Source of the DNA: Macrostomum lignano
Lineage: Eukaryota
Direction: 5' to 3'
NCBI GenBank assembly: GCA_002269645.1
Contig: NIVC01000013.1
Coordinates: 62,001-126,000 of the forward strand
DNA length: 64,000 bases
Shown here: piece by piece, positions 27,002 through 37,839 of the stretch
Layout: each line of letters opens with the position of its first letter
How positions within the stretch are numbered: the first letter of the stretch is position 1
Translations under genes and position numbers: made by a program
Notes under the pieces: generated by a model
What the model saw: only the letters and a program-made list of their open reading frames with translations
Database searches by the model: none
What the model was told of the DNA's origin: nothing

Positions 27002-27061
27002 CAGACAGACAGACAGACAGACATGCAGAAACACAGACAGACAGACAGACAGACAGACACT

Positions 27062-27107
<46 letters not shown>

Positions 27108-27144
27108 TACAGACACAGACAGACAGACATACAGACAGACATAC

Positions 27145-27185
<41 letters not shown>

Positions 27186-27222
27186 TACAGACAGACATAC
27201 AGACACAGACAGACAGACATGC

Positions 27223-27267
<45 letters not shown>

Positions 27268-27410
27268 GGCAGACAGACAGACAGACATACAGACAGACAT
27301 ACAGACACAGACAGACAGACATGCAGACAGACAGACATGCAGACAGACAGACAGACAGACAGGCAGACAGACATACAGACAGACATACAGACACAGACAG
27401 ACAGACATGC

Positions 27411-27451
<41 letters not shown>

Positions 27452-27526
27452 TGCAGACAGACAGACAGACAGACATGCAGACAGACAGACAGACAGACAT
27501 GCAGACAGACAGACAGACAGACATGC

Positions 27527-27557
<31 letters not shown>

Positions 27558-28181
27558 ATGCATACACCAGGCGCTCACCTGTTGCGGAGTGGTGTTAGAC
27601 TCCAGTCCGGTAACCAGCACAGTCCGCCGGATCTCCTCAATCCTATTAGGATCGGTAGTAGGCGGCAAAGGCGGGTAGGCGTGCTCAGACGACAGTTTGG
27701 GATCAACAGTGATAATCTGCTGCTCCCCCATTTTGCCAACAACCATACTGATCACGTCCAACGGCCAGTCGGCAGTTTTAGGAAACACGCCTGCGGACGT
27801 GTGCTCTGGGCACATCACCTTCATAGCGTAGGCTTCGTCCGGTATTTTATTGGATAGCACAGGCAATACAATCAGTGCCCTGTCTAACAGAACAGTATTG
27901 TTCAAATGCAGGCTCAGCAGAGCATTCTCGCGTTCGTTATAACGAATATAAGCTACCAGGCTGGACGGCGGCGGGTCAGTATTAATATTATTCGGATAGA
28001 TCACTAGCTCGTCTATATGGCCGAGATAGCCCATCAGCGATTTAATCTGATCCCTAGTAGCCTGCGGCGATATATTAGTAACCTGGACAACATTGCACCG
28101 TTTGGCCAGGTGTTCATTGTTAGCCGCTAGACTCTCCGGTGTGTCCTGATTACTATTGCCGTGATTGGTTGAATTGGTCAT
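25318..28181 (-). CDS. SREK1: SR-related splicing regulator of the SREK1/SRSF11 (Srp54) family: two RRMs, RS/RD domain, acidic tail; about 583 aa, 3 coding exons
   Basis: Exons 27579-28181, 26637-26929, 25318-26173, phases consistent. Motifs [47 protein letters not shown], then long RS/RD repeats. SREK1 versus SRSF11 not resolvable by eye. Confidence 0.88.
26270..26552. repeat. 21-bp minisatellite CCTTGACAACCATATTTCAGG in SREK1 intron
   Basis: Tandem repeats read directly. Confidence 0.92.
26964..27556. repeat. (GACA)n microsatellite with CATA/CATG variants in SREK1 intron
   Basis: Read directly. Confidence 0.95.
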
Positions 28182-28271
28182 GTCATGCAATTGATTGTTC
28201 GTGTTTGTTAGAATTAGTTGCCATGGCAACCATATTTGTAGTAGCAATCGCCACAATTCAAAGACATACAG

Positions 28272-28965
28272 ATACCTAAATCACCTAAATAGCCTAAATA
28301 CCTAACCTAAATCACCTAAATAGCCTAAATACCTAACCTAAATCACCTAAATAGCCAAAATACCTAAGCTAAATCACCTAAATAGCCAAAATACCTAAGC
28401 TAAATCACCTAAATAGCCTAAATACCTAAGCTAAATCACCTAAATAGCCTAAATACCTAAGCTAAATCACCACGCCTTACGGACACTACAGCTACAGACC
28501 CTAAACACCTAATCTAAAACATCGAGATTCACGGACACTGCAGACCCTAAACACGTAACCTAAAACACAAAGATTCACGGACACTACAGACCCTAAACAC
28601 GTAACCTAAAACACAAAGATTCACGGACACTACAGACCCTAAACACCTAACCTAAAACACAAAGATTCACGGACACTACAGACCCTAAACACGTAACCTA
28701 AAACACAAAGATTCACGGACACTACAGACCCTAAACACCTAACCTAAAACACAAAGATTCACGGACACTACAGACCCTAAACACCTAACCTAAAACACAA
28801 AGATTCACGGACACTACAGACCCTAAACACCTAACCTAAAACACAAAGATTCACGGACACTACAGACCCTAAACACCTAACCTAAAACACAAAGATTCAC
28901 GGACACTACAGACCCTAAACACCTAACCTAAAACATCACGATTCACGGACACTACAGCCCCTAAA
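28272..28965. repeat. Two abutting minisatellites: 31-bp (ACCTAAATCACCTAAATAGCCTAAAT-type, 28272-28470) and 46-bp (CCTAAAACACAAAGATTCACGGACACTACAGACCCTAAACAC-type, 28472-28965)
   Basis: Tandem repeats read directly. Confidence 0.92.
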
Positions 28966-29215
28966 CAGCAAATACTAACTCTTAACACTTATCAATCTAA
29001 AAACTTTAAATGCCTTGGCTTACGGACAATAGATTCTAGCTAAAAAGTCCAAAGAAAACATAAAACAAGAAAACGTAAAAGTTTTTTTACTCCAAACCGT
29101 TAAGCAACAAGCACGTATTCCAATTATATTTTCACTTTTTCATCCAACTACTGCAACTCATTGACAGTCAAACGTCATCAGATATTATGTAAGTGAAACT
29201 ATCCATCAATCAACT

Positions 29216-29533
29216 TTAGAACTGGATCATCTGTCCCTTCTTCTTCTTATCGCCGCCCAATTCGAAGTGCTTGCACCGTTTAATAGCCAATTGTTTCCTG
29301 TGCTTGCACTCGGAGCATTCCATTCTCAGCACAATCTTCTTAGTGGTCTTGGCCTTCTTACGAAAGATTGGCTTAGTTTGACCGCCGTAGCCGCTCTGTT
29401 TTCTATCGTAGCGGCGCTTGCCCTGGGCGTATAGGGAGGCTTTGCCAGACTTGTACTGGGTCACCTTGTGCAGCGTGTGCTTCTTGCAGGTGAACTTGCA
29501 AAATGTCCGACGAGTTTTGGGCACGTTGACCAT
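29216..29533 (-). CDS. RPL36A: 60S ribosomal protein eL42 (L36a/L44), intronless CDS
   Basis: [12 protein letters not shown]...[26 protein letters not shown] is unmistakable. Confidence 0.99.
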   Translation of the reverse strand: MVNVPKTRRTFCKFTCKKHTLHKVTQYKSGKASLYAQGKRRYDRKQSGYGGQTKPIFRKKAKTTKKIVLRMECSECKHRKQLAIKRCKHFELGGDKKKKGQMIQF

Positions 29534-29614
29534 GGCTGGTCTCTATTAAGGGCTGGAATGTTTTTAGTGAGTTTTTTTATTGATAGATACCTAGACTAGA
29601 TATGATATTATCAG

Positions 29615-30500
29615 TGTCAGTCTTAGTTTCTGTCTTAGTGTCAGTCTAAAGTGTCTGTCTAAGTGTTTGACTTAGTGTCAGGCTAAAGTGTCAGTTTAAG
29701 TGTCAGTCCAAAGTGTTTGACTTAGTGTCAGTCTAAGTGTTTGACTTAGTGTCAGGCTAAAGTGTCGGTTTAAGTGTCAGTCTAAGTGTTTGACTTAGTG
29801 TCAGGCTAAAGTGTCAGTCCAAAGTGTTTGACTTAGTGTCAGGCTAAAGTGTCAGTTTAAGTGTCAGTCTAAGTGTTTGACTTAGTGTCAGGCTAAAGTG
29901 TCAGTTTAAGTGTCAGTCCAAAGTGTTTGACTTAGTGTCAGTCTAAGTGTTTGACTTAGTGTCAGGCTAAAGTGTCGGTTTAAGTGTCAGTCTAAGTGTT
30001 TGACTTAGTGTCAGGCTAAAGTGTCAGTCCAAAGTGTTTGACTTAGTGTCAGGCTAAAGTGTCGGTTTAAGTGTCAGTCTAAGTGTTTGACTTAGTGTCA
30101 GGCTAAAGTGTCAGTCCAAAGTGTTTGACTTAGTGTCAGGCTAAAGTGTCAGTTTAAGTGTCAGTCTAAGTGTTTGACTTAGTGTCAGGCTAAAGTGTCA
30201 GTTTAAGTGTCAGTCTAAAGTGTTTGACTTAGTGTCTGTCTAAGTGTCGGTTTAAGTGCCAGTCTAAGTGTCTGTCTTAGTGTTTGACTAAGTGTCAGTC
30301 TAAGTGTTTGACTAAGTGTCAGTCTTAGTGTTTGACTTAGTGTCAGTCTAAGTGTCAGTTTAAGTGTCTGTCTTGTGTATGTCTTAGTGTCAGTCCAGGT
30401 GTCAGTATTAGTGTCAGTCTAAGTATCTGCCTTAGTGTCAGTCTAAAATGTCTGTTCAAGTGGCTGTCTTAGTGTCTAAGAGTCAGTCTGTCCGTCTTAC
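29615..30500. repeat. Complex minisatellite of 11-13-bp subunits (TTAGTGTCAGTCTAAGTGTTTGAC) with an about 210-bp higher-order duplication
   Basis: Read directly. Confidence 0.92.
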
Positions 30501-30753
30501 TTCAATTGTCTTGTCAGTCTGTCAGCCTGGCTGTGTATTCTGTGCTAAAAATATAGAAATAAAGCAAATACAGCCGGCAGAACCAAGTACTCCATTCACG
30601 ACAAACGACACACAACCAAGAAGGCAAATTGCCAGCTCAGCTGAGGACGGCAACTCAAATTGATTACTTCTTGTCAATCTGTCACAGTCAATTCAACTAT
30701 CATTATTAGAAACCAGCTCCAGTCCAATAGCAGCTCTCTACAAATCATTACAA

Positions 30754-31032
30754 TTAACCCTCGGTAAGCTCGCGCAGACGCCTAATGGCGGCCCTGGTGG
30801 TCACCGCAGCGGTCGTAGAGCACACATAGGCGCCACCGGCCAGAGTTTTCCGACAGCCGCGACAGTGCCAGATGCCAACAGCCTGGCGACGGAGAGCGTC
30901 TTTGCCGCAGAATGAACAGGTGTACTTTGAATGCTGCTGGATTTCAATCTTTTTCACCGTTTTACGCAGCGAAGCGCCGTAACGGGTGGCGTATTTGCCA
31001 ACAATGCCAACCTTTTTGGTGCGTTTGGCCAT
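30754..31032 (-). CDS. RPL37A: 60S ribosomal protein eL43 (L37a), intronless CDS
   Basis: [24 protein letters not shown]...YTCSFCGK...GIWHC matches eL43. Confidence 0.99.
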   Translation of the reverse strand: MAKRTKKVGIVGKYATRYGASLRKTVKKIEIQQHSKYTCSFCGKDALRRQAVGIWHCRGCRKTLAGGAYVCSTTAAVTTRAAIRRLRELTEG

Positions 31033-31526
31033 CTCTTAAGCTTAAGCAAACATGCAATCAAATATGGTATTCGAGCGTATCATTAAAATATCGAATATTA
31101 TCTATTATAAATCATATAAATAGTATTTATTTGATGTAAAAAAATGAAACACTAATTTACATAATGATCGACGCAAAACGTTTATAATTTATTTCGTAAA
31201 AATGAAACTGTGTATTAACTAACAAGTTAACAAGCTGTAAAGCTCCTAGGTACGTAATTTGTAATTTGACATATGCAGGATGAGAAATGCAAACTTAAGT
31301 ATCAAGTACTCATTGTAATCATTTGGTAGACATTTAAATAACAACAATAATCGACTATATATAGGCAATTATACAAGCATGAGCTATTTATTGGTTAAAT
31401 TGTTTTGAACTGGCTAAAAATGGTAGCTATCTCCTTAAAAAGTTTACGCCATTATCTAATAACGAGAAGCCTCATCTACTTGCACATATTATTTCATTTT
31501 TTTACATATCAAGACCTCTAGGGATT

Positions 31527-31745
31527 ATGATGCCATTTTTGAAGATACAGTGCCACTTATTGGAGAATGTGATGCCATTTTTGAAGATACAGTGCCACTT
31601 ATTGGAGAATGTGATGCCATTTTTGAAGATACAGTGCCACTTATTGGAGAATGTGATGCCATTTTTGAAGATACAGTGCCACGTATTGGAGAATGTGATG
31701 CCATTTTAGAGGATACAGTGCCACTTATTGGATATGATGCCATTT
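31527..31745. repeat. 42-bp minisatellite TGATGCCATTTTTGAAGATACAGTGCCACTTATTGGAGAATG (degenerate copies to about 31950)
   Basis: About 5 copies read directly. Confidence 0.9.
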
Positions 31746-32112
31746 TTGTAGATAGTCTTATTTTCTGATTTTTTCACACGAAGTGACCCATTTTATGACG
31801 GTACGGTATCATTTTCGAAGACGTGTGACACAATATCACATATATGGTGTTGTTTTTAAGATTTAGAGTAACTTTCTGAGGATACGGTGCCATTTTTAAA
31901 GATGATGCCCGCTTCTGTTTGATATAGTGCTATCGCATTGAGGATATTGTGCCATCTGCTGTAGTGATAGTAGCATTTTTACGGCACCAATTATTTCTAT
32001 ACAAAAAATGCTTTAATTAAAAAAGTAAGGTCAGTCAGCAAGACGATAAATTAATTCAACTCTTTTTGGCAACAAGAGTAAGACAGAAGTCAGACAAAGC
32101 ACTACAATATGA

Positions 32113-33755
32113 CTACAGCAGATCCAGTTGATCTTTGTAAGCATCGTACAGTGGTTCGCCTTCCTTAACTGGGAAAGTTAGCGTCGCTTTCTGATAATAA
32201 TCCGGCATTAGTCGGATATTGTTGATAATTTCGGTTACTAGGTGGGCTCGCTCGGCCTGCTGACCCGGCCAGTCGGCCGAGACGTGAGTGAAATGAGCGT
32301 GCAAATGGTAGAAACTCGGCTGGTAGTGCAGAAACACTCGCTGCTGACTTAGCGGCACTCCGTACCTGCAGGTTTGGTAGGGGACTGACTGACTGACTGA
32401 CTGCCTGACTGACTGCCTGCCTGCCTGACTGACTGACTGACTGACTGCCTGACTGACTGCCTGCCTGCCTGACTGACTGACTGACTGACTGCCTCCCTGA
32501 CTGACTGACTGACTGACTGCCTGACTGACTGACTGACTGACTGACTGACTGACTGACTGACTGCCTGCCTGCCTGCCTGACTGACTGACTGACTGACTGA
32601 CTGCCTGCCTGCCTGCCTGCCTGACTGACTGACTGACTGACTGCCTGACTGACTGACTGACTGACTGACTGACTGACTAAGTAGCTAACTAACTGAACAG
32701 CTAGCTAGCAAACTAATTAACTGACAAACAAACAAACAAACAAGCTAACAAGCTAATTTACTAACCGACTAACAGACAAACCACCCAACTAACTAGCTAT
32801 ATGACCGACTACGTAACCAACCATTTAAAAACCGAATTAAAATAAATAACTAGCTAGTTTTTTTTTTAACAAATGATTGCAGCAGCCTAATCAAAAGAGG
32901 AATTTAAACAAACCTATCTCTAAGGGCCTTCCGTCCCTTATCCATCAAGTTCTCCAACAGCGGCAGATGCTGCGCACCCAATTGCCTCAAGCTATGCAGA
33001 CCATCCACTCGACACACAGCTAAACAATACAAGTCATCAATTCGTCGACCGTCCCATTTTAAATCGGCGTGTAAAACAAATCCAACAGCTGGATCGGGAT
33101 CGTCAAACACAAGGCGATCTGCCTCGGCGCTGCCGTCTAACAGGTTGCCAACCCAGGCTAGGCTATGCTTAGCTCCGGCAGATTTAAGCGCCGGTTCCGT
33201 ACGTTTGCGATAATCTTCGGGCGATTCAACAACCAGATGACAAGGACGCCGGCGATATTTGGCCGCTAATCTATCGGTAGCCGGGTGTACAAGAGTGGCT
33301 TTGGCTAGGCAAAAACTAGATTCTAAGGGCAGTCTGTACTTGTGCCAGATATCATTGTGCATCACTGTTTCAACAGTTTGGCGGTGGTCGAACAACGACA
33401 AGCCAAGCTGGCTCTGCTGTAACTGTTCAACTGGAAACGCTTCCTTCTCCAATAGTAATATAGCCGACGTCGAACTGGATTTGGAATCTTCGCCATTTTT
33501 GCCATCCTGACTACTACTACTACTACTACTACTAATTCCATCAGTAGTATCAAATTTCCCTAACAGAGCGACGTATTTTGCTCGCTGCGAATTGTCAAGA
33601 ATTTCTACTAAACGGAATTTTTTAAAATCGTGTTGTTGCATAGCAGTCGACTCTTGAGACGCTGTCGGCTGATCAAGGCGAGGCTGTTTAGCTGGCGTAG
33701 GCTCGTCACTAACTTCGGAGCTCTTGTTGCCAGCTGCCTCTTGAGTAGATGCCAT
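32113..33755 (-). CDS. DCPS: m7GpppX scavenger decapping enzyme, about 364 aa, 2 exons
   Basis: Exons 32914-33755 and 32113-32365. Motifs AILLLEK, DLKWDG, LYCLA, SLRQL and the intact HIT-like triad HYQPSFYHLHAHF. Confidence 0.97.
32383..32680. repeat. (GACT)n/(GCCT)n microsatellite in DCPS intron
   Basis: Read directly. Confidence 0.95.
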
Positions 33756-33894
33756 AGGATTTATTCCCGTTTTTCTTTGGAATTAACTTCAATCAACATG
33801 AAAAAACATGGTCTTGAGATATTTACAAAGATAATAATTTAACTTTGTCACTGTTACTTCCACAAACATAAAAATACTAAACAGGGAGCCACAT

Positions 33895-34925
33895 TATCTG
33901 CTAAATGGCGCCACACTATCTACTGCATGGCGCAACACTATCTAATAGATAGCGCCTCCTTATCTAATAGATGGCGCCACACTACCTACTTGATGGCGCC
34001 ACACTATCTACTAGATGGCGCCACACTATCTACTAGATGGCGCCACACTATCTACTTGATGACGCCACACTATCTACTTGATGGCGCCACATGATTTACT
34101 AGATGGCGCCACACTACCTACTTGATGGCGCCACACTATCTACTAGATGGCGACACGCTATCTACTTGATGACGCCACACTATCTACTAGATGGCGCCAC
34201 ACTATCTACTTGATGGCGCCACATGATTTACTAGATGGCGCCACACTACCTACTTGATGGCGCCACACTATCTACTAGATGGCGACACGCTATCTACTTG
34301 ATGACGCCACACTATCTACTAGATGGCGCCACACTATGTACTTGATGAGGCCACACTATCTACTTGATGGCGACACGCTATCTACTTGATGACGCCACAC
34401 TATCTACTAGATGGCGCCACACTATCTACTTGATGACGCCACACTATCTACTTGATGGCGCCACATAATTTACTAGATGGCGCCACACTACCTACTTGAT
34501 GGCGCCACACTATCTACTAGATGGTGACACGCTATCTACTAGATGGCGACACGCTATTTACATGTACTAGATGGCGCCACATGATTTACTAGATCATCAC
34601 ACTACCTACTTGAAAGCGCCACACTATCTACTAGATGGCGACACGCTATCTACTAGATGGCGCCACATGATTTACTAGATGGCGCCACATGATTTACTAG
34701 ATGGCGCTACACTACCTACTTGATGGCGCCACACTATCTACTAGATGGCGACACGCTATCTACTAGATGGCGCCACACTATCTACTAAATTGGCGCCACA
34801 CTATCGACTAGATGGCGCCACACTATCTACTTGATGGCGACACGCTATCTACTTGATGACGCCACACTATCTACTAAATTGGCGCCACACTATCTACTAA
34901 ATTGGCGCCACACAATCTAAGTTTG
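33895..34925. repeat. 22-bp minisatellite GATGGCGCCACACTATCTACTA
   Basis: Tandem repeats read directly. Confidence 0.95.
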
Positions 34926-35451
34926 CGCTATACTACATAAGCTGACATAGGAGAAAAATTTGAGACAAAAACACAAATAGAATAATAAGTACAAATTAGA
35001 GTACAGACGCAGCAGATGCAATTTATTATTGAATGCTAATGTTTTTCGATTCTTGCTACGCTTAAGCAATGTCATTCATGGAAATTTGGGCGTGGGAGGA
35101 AACAAACTCTGCAAGAATGAAAAAATCAATACTATAGGACGTTACAGAGAACTTTTATAAGCTAGCACAATCTCTAGCTACAATATATCAGATTTCGCAT
35201 TGTTTCACGCGCGACATGTTCAATATAATGTCGCATAGAAACACGAACAATGAACAGGAATTTCAATGTCTTAATACTCTGAAGCTTTAACACTGCTAAA
35301 GAAAAATGCACGTTTGCACAGCTGATCAAGCCTTCCAAAGACAATGCTTTCTACCATATTTATATATTCCCTGCTATTCAAACTGTAGAACGTAACTAAA
35401 TGAAAGCACTGTTTATTACACAAAAGCTATGCTGAAATTTCAAGAAAAATT

Positions 35452-36318
35452 CTCAGCATCTAGATTGGGATTCTATAGCATGTAGATTGAGACCCTATAT
35501 AGCATCTAGATTGGGATTCTCAGCATCTAGATTGGGATTCTCAGCATCTAGATTGGGACTCTCAGCATCTAGATTAGGATTCTCAGCATCTAGATTGGGA
35601 TTCTCAGCATCTAGATTGGGATTCTCAGCATCTAGATTGGGATTCTCAGCATCTAGATTGGGATTATATGGCATCTAGATTGGGTTTCTCAGCATCTAGA
35701 TTGGGATTCTATAGCATCTAGATTGGGATTCTCAGCATCTAGATTGGGATTCTATAGCATCTAGATTGGGATTCTATAGCATCTAGATTGGGATTCTATA
35801 GCATCTAGATTGGGATTCTATAGCATCTAGATTGGGATTCTATAGCATCTAGATTGGGATTCTATAGCATCTAGATTGGGATTCTATAGCATCTAGATTG
35901 GGATTCTATAGCATCTAGATTGGGATTCTATAGCATCTAGATTGGGATTCTATAGCATCTAGATTGGGATTCTATAGCATCTAGATTGGGATTATATAGC
36001 ATATAGATTGGGATTCTATAGCATCTAGATTGGGATTCTATAGCATCTAGATTGGGATTATATAGCATATAGATTGGGATTATATAGCATCTAGATTAGA
36101 ACTATTTGCATCTAGATTGGAACTCTTTGCATCTAGATTGGGATTCTATAGCATCTAGATTGGGATTATATAGCATCTAGATTAGAACTATTTGCATCTA
36201 GATTGGAATTCTTTGCATCTAGATTGGGATTCTATAGCATCTAGATTGGGATTATATAGCATCTAGATTAGAACTATTTGCATCTAGATTGGAATTCTTT
36301 GCATCTAGATTGGGATTA
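35452..36318. repeat. 22-bp minisatellite TAGCATCTAGATTGGGATTCTA
   Basis: Tandem repeats read directly. Confidence 0.95.
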
Positions 36319-36411
36319 TTACCTAGTAGTTTGGGGATTCTTTTAAAATTTTAGATTCCAATTTTTATTGTATGTTTTTAAGCCCTTTAAACCGCAATGC
36401 TTGGGTATTGG

Positions 36412-37626
36412 TTAAAACTGCGGTCTCAAAGGCATGCTAGGCCAATAAACTGGCCTATTAGCTCCGGAATCGCAGGCTTGATCGAATCGCATCTGCATAG
36501 CAGTCTCCATGCCTTGAATAATGGCAGCGTGACGGCCGTACAGCCGGCGCATATCAATAGTCCGCTCTAAGCCTGGCTGCACTGTTGGCGGCAAACTATT
36601 GGCTAGCAACCCGGAGCTCGATGCAACAGTCTCCGTCGGTCCGTCATCGTTGCCATTCGGTTGGCGAGCTCCGCCACTTGCAGCATCTCGTCGATGTCTG
36701 TGAGCTTCTGACTGTCTGAGAAACTCTGCGTAGCCTTCGTCTAAGTGCAACAAATCTTCTTCTTCTTCTTCAGCAGCTGGCTTTTCTTTTTCTTCGACAT
36801 CAATTTGACCATAAACATCAAGGCCATCTACATTGCCAGAACCAATCTGATCAGCACTACGCCGCTCGGCAAGTAAACGAGCATACTCAACTAACACCGG
36901 AGAGTCTAAACCAGCTTTTCTTTCAGAGCAAACTGTCAACAATCTTAAACGGGTTTCGTATAGAGCGGCAATTCGTTCTGTTAGACGATTAATTGATATT
37001 TGATGCTCGTTATAGCGGTTCTCTGCGTCTATTAAACTGCGTCTTAAATCCGCTTGTTGTTGACTAATATGAGAATCTGTAGCATTCAGCCTACTATTAG
37101 TAGCGCTTGCATTTGAGGCGTCTCTCAGTAGCGTAGCGGGGCGGCTGTTACGCCAAACGGTACAATAGTTTGACCAGAAATTGTTAAAACGAGTACAAGA
37201 TTGCGGATGCCATGAAGTCGCCATAGTTGTTCTGAAAAATGGAAATAGAGTAGAAATATTGTAGCACGCAGTCAAAATTGTAACTTTAATCAGCCTACTG
37301 CAAGTAGAAATACAAACATTTTACGCATAAAAAATGAAAAATAAGAAGAGAGCACGTGAGGCAAAATCATTAGTAAAATGCGAGAAGAATTTACTGTTTG
37401 AAAGCTAATTTATTCAACTTGAGTAGATAATTTTTTGCTTGCGTACAGTGCAGCTACAAAACTTTGAGTTATAGTGAACTCGTACGGAACTCTTAACACA
37501 GTCTAAATTCTTCACTGACCTTTGAGCCCTCTTGCCTCGATCTTCACCCCGGCCTAAGTAGAAAGATAAGAAATTCAGAAATTTTATATTAAGAAATCAC
37601 AAGAGGTTGAGAATCAACCTACCGGG
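36412..37626 (-). CDS. GEMIN8: Gemin8-like SMN complex subunit; main exon 36412-37231, candidate upstream exons 37520-37553 and 37623-37626
   Basis: N-terminal W...FWSNY and C-terminal MRRLYGRHAAIIQGMETAMQMRFDQACD...PVYWPSMPL match Gemin8. First genomic in-frame ATG after the acceptor is 37224. Confidence 0.82.
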
Positions 37627-37839
37627 CTTGAATAAACAAATAGACAGGAGAGAAAAACTGAACACAGTGCATATGAATACCAAAAGTCACCAAGGGTTCA
37701 ATGGTCATAGAATCGGGTTATAGGTGAACAAAAAACACATGGCATTGCTCGGTTTGAACCGAACGCATTCAGTACAACTGACCCACATGACTCAGCGCTT
37801 TTTTATGCCTGGCTTAGTACAACTGATTTATTGAGCAAA

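Noticed and set aside
20020-28230. RFX X-box matches GTTGCCATGGCAAC (28217-28230) and GTAGCCATGGCAAC (20020-20033)
   Set aside because: Both are centred on a Kozak GCCATGGC followed by Ala-Thr codons, which makes the palindrome trivially; no independent promoter evidence.
37745-37775. GGTTCAAACC T-loop-like hairpin suggesting a tRNA or snoRNA between PITHD1 and GEMIN8
   Set aside because: Loop geometry does not fit a T-arm, there is no acceptor or D stem, and I found no C/D or H/ACA boxes; tRNAscan or Infernal would settle it.
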